A stretch of 64,000 nucleotides of DNA, from positions 75,526 through 139,525 of the forward strand of contig DAHVNA010000001.1 in assembly GCA_027319565.1 (NCBI GenBank). Reading direction: 5' to 3'. A program made the position numbers and the translations under genes. How positions within the stretch are numbered: the first letter of the stretch is position 1; each line of letters starts with the position of its first letter. This document shows positions 49,095-57,391 of this stretch, in pieces. The DNA comes from Elusimicrobiota bacterium. GTDB lineage: Bacteria > Elusimicrobiota > Elusimicrobia > UBA1565 > UBA9628. A model generated the notes under the pieces. The model had not been told where the DNA came from. It saw only the letters and a list, made by a program, of their open reading frames with translations, and did not search any database.

Positions 49095-51083
49095 ATGAAG
49101 ATTAATGGGTGGGGTTTTAAAGGTCTTGCGTGGGGAAAAAGTTTGTGGCGCGCTCTTTGCCTTTTATCAGCCTTGGAATTGGCCCTTTTGCCTGGGTTGA
49201 CGGCCCTAGCCCAATCCGACAGCTCAACTCCCGAGGCCAATCCGCAGTTCCAAAATTCCGTGCAAAGTCCTAAAAGCGATTCCGGCTCTCCAGTGGGAAG
49301 CGTTTCCGCCGTTAAAGCCCATGCCGCGTCGGCTTCTAAAGCCCTCGAGCAGGCAAGTTCCCCTTCTCAAGCGGGCGCGTCTCCGTCAGGAATTCAAATC
49401 GGCGCTTCCAGTTCTCCAACGCCCCCGCGTAAGAAAAGAGCCCCATCCCCTTTGGACACACGCGTTTCGATTCGAGTCAAGGGCGCGCCATTGGCGACTT
49501 TTTTAGATGCCATTTCCGCTCAGGCCAGGATTAATTTCTTAATCACCGAGGGCCTTGAGTCAGTTAAAATGACCGCCTTTTTGCAAAAGGTGACGGTTCG
49601 AGAAGCCTTGCAGATCCTTCTTGAAATTAAAGGCTTAACCTATCGGCAGATTGGCAAAAGTAATACCTATGTCATTAAAAAACGTTCCAAAAATGCTCCC
49701 AACTTTATCACGCGGATTTATTCTCTTTCCTACATACCCTTGGTCAATATCTCTCAACAAGGAACCCAAGGTCAACAAGGAGGAGCGGCAGGCGGCGCGG
49801 CGGGCGGCATGGCGGCAATGCTCGGCGGAATGGGGGGGCCGTCTGCGGGAGGAAGTTCTGGCGGCGGCGCGCCGGGAGGAGCTGGCGGTTCTGGCGGAGG
49901 GTTGGCGCCAGGTCAGGGTGGGCAGGCTTTAGGAATGGGATCCATGATGGGAGGCGCTGGCGTGGGTGGACAGCAAGGCGGCATGCCGGGAGCGGGAACC
50001 GGGGGCGTGAGCTCTATTGTGACCGTGGTCCAATCGGTTTTAACCAAGGCCGGCCGAGTGGCTGTGGATCCTCGAACCAACTCTTTAATCGTAACCGATG
50101 TGCCGGAGGTCTTTCCCCAGGTGGATCAACTGATTGCCGAACTTGACAAAAAAGTTCCCCAGATCATGATTGAGGCCCAGATTGTGGAAATTGATTCCAA
50201 TCGCGCCAATGATCTCGGTTTTGAGTGGGGCGGGCCAAACGGCGAAATGGGGACTTTTACCGGTGGCCAGCGCGATACGTCTTTTCCAATGGTTTTGACC
50301 GGAGCCAGCGGCCAGCCGCGCTTTTTTGATCCGGTTCAAAACGTCATGAGCACCTTGGCCCTTGAAGGCGGCGGCATGATGGGGGGCAGTAGCGGCGGCA
50401 TGGGCGGCGGCATGGGCACGACCTTGGGCGGAATTGGATCCACTGGCGGAACCTTGGCTATTCCCACGACACAGCCGGGAATCAATCCTCTGACCGGGCT
50501 TCCTATGCTGGGGTCTAGCGTCATGACCAGCGTCTTGAACTTAAGCCAGCTGACGATTACCTTACGCATGCTGGTCTCTCGCTCGGAAGCGCGCTATTTG
50601 GGAAAGCCCAAAATCTTAACCGTCAATAATACTCCGGCGACGATTTCTATCACTGGAAACACCGCAATTTACATGTCGCAGCAGACCACCGGCGGGACCA
50701 TGGGAATTACCCAGGCGACCTATTCTCCTGTGACTGCAAATACTGGCCTTACTTTGACCGTGACTCCTCAAGTCAACGGCGATGGATATATTACGATGGC
50801 GGTCAATCCTCAGTTTACCGATGTGCAACCAGCGGTCATTTCAAGCGCGGCCAATCCTGTTTATGACACTCTGGTTCGACGTGCGCAAACCCTAGTGCGC
50901 GTCAAAAATGGAGAGACCTTGGTTCTTGGAGGGCTTTTGCATTCAACCGAACAGAAAACCGTGCGCAAGGTTCCGTTTTTGGGATATATTCCCGTCATCG
51001 GATGGCTTTTTACCAGCGTCCAAGCCCAGCGCAAGAACACGGATCTGGTCATCTTTATAACGCCGACCATCATTAACGATTGA
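49095..51083 (+). CDS. Secretin (GspD/PilQ family) with Gly/Met-rich insertions
   Basis: VDPRTNSLIVTD, LDKKVPQIMIEAQIVEI, LTVTPQVN, KVPFLGYIPVIGWLF, LVIFITPTII. Confidence 0.92.
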   Translation: MKINGWGFKGLAWGKSLWRALCLLSALELALLPGLTALAQSDSSTPEANPQFQNSVQSPKSDSGSPVGSVSAVKAHAASASKALEQASSPSQAGASPSGIQIGASSSPTPPRKKRAPSPLDTRVSIRVKGAPLATFLDAISAQARINFLITEGLESVKMTAFLQKVTVREALQILLEIKGLTYRQIGKSNTYVIKKRSKNAPNFITRIYSLSYIPLVNISQQGTQGQQGGAAGGAAGGMAAMLGGMGGPSAGGSSGGGAPGGAGGSGGGLAPGQGGQALGMGSMMGGAGVGGQQGGMPGAGTGGVSSIVTVVQSVLTKAGRVAVDPRTNSLIVTDVPEVFPQVDQLIAELDKKVPQIMIEAQIVEIDSNRANDLGFEWGGPNGEMGTFTGGQRDTSFPMVLTGASGQPRFFDPVQNVMSTLALEGGGMMGGSSGGMGGGMGTTLGGIGSTGGTLAIPTTQPGINPLTGLPMLGSSVMTSVLNLSQLTITLRMLVSRSEARYLGKPKILTVNNTPATISITGNTAIYMSQQTTGGTMGITQATYSPVTANTGLTLTVTPQVNGDGYITMAVNPQFTDVQPAVISSAANPVYDTLVRRAQTLVRVKNGETLVLGGLLHSTEQKTVRKVPFLGYIPVIGWLFTSVQAQRKNTDLVIFITPTIIND

Positions 51084-51088
51084 AGGCC

Positions 51089-51116
51089 TTGACATATTCC
51101 GCAAACCCGTTATACT
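51089..51116 (+). promoter_or_regulatory. Internal sigma70-type promoter upstream of pilB/gspE
   Basis: TTGACA-16 nt-TATACT in the 55-nt gap between the secretin and the ATPase. Confidence 0.65.
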
Positions 51117-51138
51117 TCTAAAAGGGGTTAAAATTTAA

Positions 51139-52893
51139 ATGCCTGACAAAGCCTTCTTGGCGGATATGATGGTTTCTTCCGGTTCGCTGACGGCGGAACA
51201 AAAAGAGAAAGCTCTCAAGGCTTCTCAAGAAGCTAGGTGCAGCTTTGAAGAGGCGGTCATTAAACTTGGTTTCGCTTCCGAAAGCGTGGTCACTGCGGCT
51301 TTGTCAAGGCAATTAGGCATTCCCCTCGCTTCGCGGGAAAATAAGATTTTAATCCCGGAAAAAGGCCAGGGGCTTGAGAAATTGATTCCTGAAAATTTCG
51401 CTCGAGATCATCTGGTCGTTCCCCTATTTCTTGAAGATGGCACCCTGGGCGTTGCGATGGCAGATCCTACCAATGTGATGCTTCAAGATAATATTCGGGT
51501 CTTGAGTTCCAAAACCATTCATCCCTTTGTGGCGGCAAAAACTCAAATTTTAAAGTCCATTGACGAGCTTTATGGCGGAAATCTTGGAGGCAGTCTCGTT
51601 GATCGTACGCTGGAAGAGGGTAAAAAAAGCGGCGGGGTTAGCGCTGAAGAATCCGACTCTGCGGATGTGCGCGTGGATCTCGACAAGGCTATTTCTGGTT
51701 CAAAAGACGCCCAGATTATTTCTCTTATCAACGCCATTTTAAAACAGGCCGTCAATGAGAGATGTTCCGATATTCATTTGGAAAGTTTTGACAACCGCGC
51801 GAGTTTGCGCTTCCGCATCGACGGGATTTTGTATGAGAGAAGCTCTCCTCCCAAAGCGATATTCGCGTCCTTGGTTTCGAGGATCAAAATTCTCTCGAAA
51901 CTTGATATCGCGGAGCGCCGTCTGCCTCAAGATGGAACCTTTTCAATTAAACTTCAAAACCGCAATATCGATCTGCGGGTTTCCATTTGCCCGACGGTTT
52001 ACGGAGAAAAGGTCGTCATGCGTATTTTAGATAAGGGCGCGGTTAATCTTGACGTAGATAAAATCGGCTTTGAGCCAAAACAGAAAGCGGATTTTTTGGA
52101 TGCGGCCAAACAGCCCCATGGCCTGATATTTCTCACCGGTCCCACGGGGTCCGGAAAAACCACCACCCTTTATTCCGTCTTAAATACCATTAAAACGCCG
52201 GAGCTTAATTTTATGACTATTGAGGATCCGGTTGAAATTAAGCTCGACGGTCTCAATCAAGTTCAGGTTCGCTCCGATATCGGGCTTACTTTTGCCGCGG
52301 CCTTGCGTTCTTTTTTACGCCAAGATCCGGATGTGATTTTAGTCGGAGAGGTTCGAGATCAGGAAACCGCCCAGACCTGCTTAAGGGCGGCCTTAACCGG
52401 ACACCTGGTTCTTTCGACTCTTCACACTAACGACGCGATGTCAACAGTCGTGCGTTTAATTGATCTGGGAATCGAGCCGTTTTTGCTTTCCGGAAGTCTT
52501 CTTTTGGCGGCGGCTCAGCGCTTGGTTCGCATTCTTTGTCCCCATTGCAAAAAGCCTTATAAACCGGACCCCGCTCAATTGGAGGCTTGCATCAAGGAAT
52601 CCATGTTGCCGCAGGCTCAAATTCCGAATCCGGCCAATATCGTTTTTTACAGAGAGCATGGCTGCGATAAATGTTCTCAAACCGGTTATATGGGCCGACG
52701 GGCGATCTATGAAATTTACCGTATTATTCCGGAGATGAGAGAAATTATCTACAAATACGGCGGCGATTTGGCCCGGCTTCGAGAGGTGGCGGTCAAAAGC
52801 GGCATGTGGGATTTAAGGGCGAGCGGTTGGAGAAAGGTTTTGTCCGGGTTGACGACTTCTGAAGAGGTGCTCTCGGTGACGATGAAGGAATAG
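51139..52893 (+). CDS. pilB: Type IV pilus/T2SS assembly ATPase
   Basis: LDIAERRLPQDG, Walker A GPTGSGKT, LRQDPDVILVGEVRD, GHLVLSTLHTND, CPHC...CDKC. Confidence 0.93.
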   Translation: MPDKAFLADMMVSSGSLTAEQKEKALKASQEARCSFEEAVIKLGFASESVVTAALSRQLGIPLASRENKILIPEKGQGLEKLIPENFARDHLVVPLFLEDGTLGVAMADPTNVMLQDNIRVLSSKTIHPFVAAKTQILKSIDELYGGNLGGSLVDRTLEEGKKSGGVSAEESDSADVRVDLDKAISGSKDAQIISLINAILKQAVNERCSDIHLESFDNRASLRFRIDGILYERSSPPKAIFASLVSRIKILSKLDIAERRLPQDGTFSIKLQNRNIDLRVSICPTVYGEKVVMRILDKGAVNLDVDKIGFEPKQKADFLDAAKQPHGLIFLTGPTGSGKTTTLYSVLNTIKTPELNFMTIEDPVEIKLDGLNQVQVRSDIGLTFAAALRSFLRQDPDVILVGEVRDQETAQTCLRAALTGHLVLSTLHTNDAMSTVVRLIDLGIEPFLLSGSLLLAAAQRLVRILCPHCKKPYKPDPAQLEACIKESMLPQAQIPNPANIVFYREHGCDKCSQTGYMGRRAIYEIYRIIPEMREIIYKYGGDLARLREVAVKSGMWDLRASGWRKVLSGLTTSEEVLSVTMKE

Positions 52894-52901
52894 GAGGCCT
52901 T

Positions 52902-54125
52902 ATGTCTCAATTTTCATATGTCGTTCAAGACGCTAGGGGCGAGGCCATTTCTGGGACCCTTGAAGCGGGAGATGAAAACGAAGCGGTGGCGGCCCTTCAA
53001 TCAAAGGGCTATTTTATTTTGTCATTGTCTTCTAAAGACACAAAGACGACCAGCCGACAAGGCGCATCTTCCAAATCGCCCAAGGTCGCCCAGCAGGATC
53101 TTATTTTCTTTTCTGAACAATTGTCGACGCTTTTAACCGGTGGCGTTCCTTTAGTTCGAGCTTTGTCCTTGCTTGGAGAACATACCAACTCCCCGGGGCT
53201 TCACGCGGTGGTGGGAGCGGTGACCCAAGACGTGTCCCGCGGAACGGCGCTTTATAAGGCTCTGGCGAAACATCCCGCCATTTTCGATACCTTGTGGGTT
53301 TCCCTGGTTCAAGCGGGAGAAATGGGAGGACAACTCCCCAAGGTTTTGCGGCAAATCGCCAATTATTTGACGGCTCAAGCGGAATTAAGAGGAAAAATCA
53401 TCACGGCTTTGGCTTATCCCGCGGTTCTGGCTTGTATGTCGGGAGGGGTTCTCGCTTTTTTCGTCATCCATATCGTCCCGGTTTTTGCCGATATTTTTAA
53501 GCAATTTCACATTAAACTCCCGATGCTCACCCAAATGGTTGTTTCCACTTCGGAACTCATCGTTCATCACTTAGGCCTGATTATTTTTGTCGTGGTGGGG
53601 GGATACATGGCGTGGAAATCGTATACTTCCACCGATGCCGGCAAAATTGCCAAATGGAATCTGATATTTGGAATTCCTTTTTTTGGCGACTTCATCAAAC
53701 ACATTATGGTCGAAAGACTCTTGACTACTCTTTCGACTTTAATTGAAAGCGGCGTCAGTATTCTTAATGCGATTGCGGTTTTAGAAGGCGTTTTTTCATC
53801 CAATATTATTTTCCAGACGGCTCTGAGCGCGATTAAGGTGGACGTGGCGGCGGGAAAATCAATATCGGCGGCCTTTAGAAAATCGGGGGTTTTGCCTTCC
53901 TTGGTAACCGAGATGATGTTCATGGGGGAAGAATCGGGCAAGTTGCCGGATATGCTTCAGACCATGTCCGGGTTTTACAGGCTTCAAATTGATCAGTTTA
54001 CTCGCAGATTCACCGCCATTATAGACCCGATACTGGTGGTCGGAATCGGCGGACTTGTCGGCGTTATTGTTTTAGCGGTCTTTATGCCAATCTTTAAAAT
54101 GTCGACGATGGGAGGAGGACATTGA
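52902..54125 (+). CDS. pilC: Type IV pilus/T2SS inner-membrane platform protein
   Basis: QLSTLLTGGVPL, AGEMGGQL, ALAYP, GEESGKL, FMPIF. Confidence 0.93.
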   Translation: MSQFSYVVQDARGEAISGTLEAGDENEAVAALQSKGYFILSLSSKDTKTTSRQGASSKSPKVAQQDLIFFSEQLSTLLTGGVPLVRALSLLGEHTNSPGLHAVVGAVTQDVSRGTALYKALAKHPAIFDTLWVSLVQAGEMGGQLPKVLRQIANYLTAQAELRGKIITALAYPAVLACMSGGVLAFFVIHIVPVFADIFKQFHIKLPMLTQMVVSTSELIVHHLGLIIFVVVGGYMAWKSYTSTDAGKIAKWNLIFGIPFFGDFIKHIMVERLLTTLSTLIESGVSILNAIAVLEGVFSSNIIFQTALSAIKVDVAAGKSISAAFRKSGVLPSLVTEMMFMGEESGKLPDMLQTMSGFYRLQIDQFTRRFTAIIDPILVVGIGGLVGVIVLAVFMPIFKMSTMGGGH

Positions 54126-54736
54126 TGAACGGAGAGGAGAAGAAAGTAAAAGAGAGTAACGGAGAGTCACGGAAAGTAGAAGAAAGTTACGGAAAGCGAC
54201 AGAAGCAACGGAAACAGCCTTTTTCCGTTTCTTTCCGTTTCTTTCCGTTTCTTTCCGTTCCGTTTGGTTTTACGCTCATAGAGCTTTTAGTGGTGATTTT
54301 GATTGTCGGAATATTGGCGGCTATTGGATATCCTTCCTACATCCGTTCGATGGAAACCAGCAAGGCCAACGACGCCGTGGGGTATTTGACCATGGCTGGG
54401 AACGCCGATCGGATGTACGCCGTGGATCATAATGGGATATATGTTGCAGCGGGACAAATTACTGATTCCTGTGATAATGGGGCTACTTGTCCTCAGAACA
54501 ATGCCTGCGACTTGGTCTATTGCGGCTATATGCCGGCGGACAATTACAGTGAAAAGCCCTACAGTATTACCATTAATGCTTACGCTCCGCCTCCATCAGC
54601 GCTGGTGACGGTTCAGCGTTGTACAGGTTCTTCTCCTTGTACAAATTCTTCTCCTTACACCGGTTGGGGATATAATATTGATGCCAATGGAAATGTCACG
54701 CCATTTGGTAATCAGACGCCGCCGCCGCCACAATAA
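54125..54736 (+). CDS. Type IV prepilin with repeat-expanded leader peptide
   Basis: G|FTLIELLVVILIVGILAAIGYPSY; 48-aa leader; TGATG coupling to pilC. Confidence 0.9.
   Translation: MNGEEKKVKESNGESRKVEESYGKRQKQRKQPFSVSFRFFPFLSVPFGFTLIELLVVILIVGILAAIGYPSYIRSMETSKANDAVGYLTMAGNADRMYAVDHNGIYVAAGQITDSCDNGATCPQNNACDLVYCGYMPADNYSEKPYSITINAYAPPPSALVTVQRCTGSSPCTNSSPYTGWGYNIDANGNVTPFGNQTPPPPQ
54128..54265. repeat. 10-bp-period tandem repeat folded as an inverted repeat inside the prepilin leader
   Basis: About 8 degenerate purine-rich units (ACGGAAAG/ACGGAGAG core, 54128-54214) followed by 4 or more CTTTCCGTTT units (54221-54265), which are their reverse complement. Confidence 0.85.
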
Positions 54737-54751
54737 GAAAGAAGAAAGCAA

Positions 54752-55321
54752 ATGAAAGAAACGGGCGCGACGCTTATTGAGGTTTTAGCCTCCGTTCTCA
54801 TAGCGGCGGTGATGACTTCCGCTGTTTTCAGCGTGACCTTGGGGGCCAAGGTACAATCAAAAATTACGGAAGAACACAATGCGGCGTCTGAGTGCGTGAC
54901 CCAGCTGACCAATGAACTTCACTCTTTCGTCACCGGTTATTGGGATTACAATACGAATACTTTCAATTCCAATATGACGGAAATCTGCGGCCCCGCTGAT
55001 TCGTCTTGTTACCCGGGAACAAGTGGGGGGAATTCCTCTCAATGGACTTGGGCAGATCTGGGAGTAACGGATAACTGCGGGAGCGGCTGTTACGTTTTAG
55101 CTACCGGAACTCACGTCCTTTCAGTTGGGCCCAATGGCTTGACGGCTTTGGGCCAACCCTTTTGTCTTCCTCCCTGGATGTGGCAGCCGCCTTATAATCC
55201 TAGTGGAAATCAGCTCTTGTCCTATACCGTTTCGGCTCCACCGATCGTCTCCGGTCAACAAGTGGGAGGGCCAGGGGTTCAAGTGACGGTGAATTGGTAT
55301 AACATCAATGGGTCCCAATGA
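54752..55321 (+). CDS. Minor pilin (PilV/GspI-like)
   Basis: G|ATLIEVLASVLIAAV class III signal; 6 Cys. Confidence 0.8.
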   Translation: MKETGATLIEVLASVLIAAVMTSAVFSVTLGAKVQSKITEEHNAASECVTQLTNELHSFVTGYWDYNTNTFNSNMTEICGPADSSCYPGTSGGNSSQWTWADLGVTDNCGSGCYVLATGTHVLSVGPNGLTALGQPFCLPPWMWQPPYNPSGNQLLSYTVSAPPIVSGQQVGGPGVQVTVNWYNINGSQ

Positions 55322-55992
55322 ATAAAAATTTTATCGGAGTTTCGATGAGAAATGGCGGATTTACCTTGGTCGAAATGATTGTCGCTCTTCTTTTAAGCTC
55401 TCTTGTCATGGTGGGCTTGATTGATATTACCGCTAGCATCATCGCCCAGCATTTTGAGGGAATTCGTAGAGGAAGAGTAGACAGTGAGACCCTTTATTCT
55501 CTCGATCAGATGAGGCTGGAGCTTGAAGCCGCGACCTATTACTCTTATCCCAATACGTCAAGCCCGGCTACCATGTCCATTCAGGGCTGCGGAAATTATT
55601 TTTCAGCGACAAGCCCTGGTACGCAAATTTACACGGGGCCCGGCGCAACAATAAGTTCTTTTGCCTATTGCCTTGAGAACAAGTGTACAGGGAGTAATTC
55701 CAATTTGTGCGATCCATCGGGTTATACGGGGCCCTATGATTTAATTCGCTATTATAATCCCAATGGTTGTCCTATTTCGTGCGGAGGAGGGACGCCTCAG
55801 ACCTTGGTTTATCAGAATGTCTATTTAGAACCAATATCATTAAATCCTTCGGGCCAGCCTTTTGTCTTGAACCGGCCGCTCGGCGGGGTCGATGTGCATA
55901 TGATTATAGGCTATCCTGTTTTGGCGGGAGAAACCCCCACCTATTATCAAATTGATACAACCTATATTCCGGATACGGGGCGCATGCAGTGA
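55318..55992 (+). CDS. Minor pilin (PilW/GspJ-like)
   Basis: G|FTLVEMIVALLLSSLV; 6 Cys. Confidence 0.82.
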   Translation: MNKNFIGVSMRNGGFTLVEMIVALLLSSLVMVGLIDITASIIAQHFEGIRRGRVDSETLYSLDQMRLELEAATYYSYPNTSSPATMSIQGCGNYFSATSPGTQIYTGPGATISSFAYCLENKCTGSNSNLCDPSGYTGPYDLIRYYNPNGCPISCGGGTPQTLVYQNVYLEPISLNPSGQPFVLNRPLGGVDVHMIIGYPVLAGETPTYYQIDTTYIPDTGRMQ

Positions 55993-56423
55993 TTAAAAAT
56001 TCCAGAGGGCAGATTTTAACCAGCACCTTGGTGACCGCCATGGTGGTAGTCCTCATCGCGGCCGGGCTCATGCATTTAATCTTGATGAGGTATACCGCCG
56101 CTAATAGAGCGACGATGGAGGTTAAATACACCCGCTGCGTTCAACTGGCCGTGGGTCAATTTTTTTCTACCTGGGACAGGCTTAGTTCAACTGCGGGGGT
56201 CACCGATCCTGTTTGCAGTAGCGCGTCGCCACTGTTTACCTGTGCTGGGTCAAACCATGGACATTGCCATTGTACCTGTACATTTAACAGTGGATCCTTA
56301 TCCGGCCTCACGGTGAAGGTGAAACCTGGTACAAATGGTGCAAACCCTCCTTGCACTTTTGAGGCTCAGACTACAACGAATACGTCCTCGCCCTTTGCCT
56401 CGGTTACCCCCGTTTGCCAGTGA
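55989..56423 (+). CDS. Minor pilin (PilX/GspK-like)
   Basis: SRG|QILTSTLV lacking Glu5, as typical of PilX; 8 Cys; GTGA overlap. Confidence 0.7.
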   Translation: MIKNSRGQILTSTLVTAMVVVLIAAGLMHLILMRYTAANRATMEVKYTRCVQLAVGQFFSTWDRLSSTAGVTDPVCSSASPLFTCAGSNHGHCHCTCTFNSGSLSGLTVKVKPGTNGANPPCTFEAQTTTNTSSPFASVTPVCQ

Positions 56424-57391
56424 AACGCCTAATTGTTACCGCCGACGATTTTGGGGCGAGTTCTTTTGTCAACGAGGCGGTCATCCGCGCTTTTAAAGAA
56501 GGCATTTTGCGCTTTGCAAGCTTGATTGTTGACGCGCCCGCGGCCGAAGAAGCGGCGAAATTGGCTAAAGAAAACCCTGGCCTTGGCGTCGGGCTTCATT
56601 TGGACTTGTGCCATGAATTTGGAAGCGATTCTTGCTTTCCTCGTCATTCCGGCGAAAGCCGGAATCCAGACTTTCGCGCGGAGCTAGACTCCGGCTTACA
56701 AATTGCCGGAGTGACGAATCGAGCGGTTTGGGCCAATTCTCCAGCTCTTTGGGGCTTACGGTATTTTTTTTCTCCATATTGGAGAAAACGGATCGCTTCA
56801 GAAATTTCCCGGCAACTAGAGAAGTTTCTCTCGCTTGGAATTAATCCTACGCATGCGGACGGGCACACTAATATCCATATCCACCCCGTTATTTTCCCCG
56901 CCCTTTTGCGGGCCTGCCAAAAATACGGAATTTCCAGGATCAGGGTTCCCGCCGGAGAGTACGATTTGGGCCGGCGCTATTTAAAGAAAATTCCGTTTCT
57001 AAACAAGGTAGAATACGCGGCGTTTGGAGCGCTTGGCCCCTATCTCAAAAAACAAGCCAAGAAAATCGCGCCTCAAATCGAGATACTTCCCCGCTGTTTT
57101 GGACTTTTGCGCTCAGGGCGCATGAGGGAAGACTATGTTCTAAGGCTTTTAGAAAATCTGCCCGAGGGAGACAGCGAAATTTATTTTCATCCCTCGCTGG
57201 ATCCAAAAAGCCGAGTGTTCGGAGATTCTCCGACAAAGACCCATCAGACCATAACGGAATTTGAAACCTTGACTAGTCCGCGGATTTTAGAAGCTCTGGG
57301 GCGTTTGGATATCGCGTTGTTTTCGCCCGGTGGCTTAGATAAATCAAAAAGCCAAACGAAGACCACAAAATCTCCCGAATATGGCGGATAA
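56420..57391 (+). CDS. hpnK: Hopanoid-associated ChbG/HpnK-family deacetylase
   Basis: LIVTADDFG, LGVGLHL, THADGHTNIHIHP, EIYFHP; next to hpnL/I/J; GTG start overlapping the pilin stop. Confidence 0.82.
   Translation: MKRLIVTADDFGASSFVNEAVIRAFKEGILRFASLIVDAPAAEEAAKLAKENPGLGVGLHLDLCHEFGSDSCFPRHSGESRNPDFRAELDSGLQIAGVTNRAVWANSPALWGLRYFFSPYWRKRIASEISRQLEKFLSLGINPTHADGHTNIHIHPVIFPALLRACQKYGISRIRVPAGEYDLGRRYLKKIPFLNKVEYAAFGALGPYLKKQAKKIAPQIEILPRCFGLLRSGRMREDYVLRLLENLPEGDSEIYFHPSLDPKSRVFGDSPTKTHQTITEFETLTSPRILEALGRLDIALFSPGGLDKSKSQTKTTKSPEYGG
56641..56717. repeat. REP/RPE-like palindromic element inserted in frame in hpnK
   Basis: TCGTCATTCCGGCGAAAGCCGGAATCCAG...CTAGACTCCGGCTTACAAATTGCCGGAGTGACGA; 13-bp terminal inverted repeat with 1 mismatch and two internal hairpins. 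Confidence 0.85.

Noticed and set aside
54128..54265. CRISPR array
   Set aside because: Units are 10 bp, tandem, with no unique spacers; no cas genes
54125..56423. Conductive e-pili
   Set aside because: These are long pilins with globular heads and there are no multiheme cytochromes nearby; not supportable from the sequence
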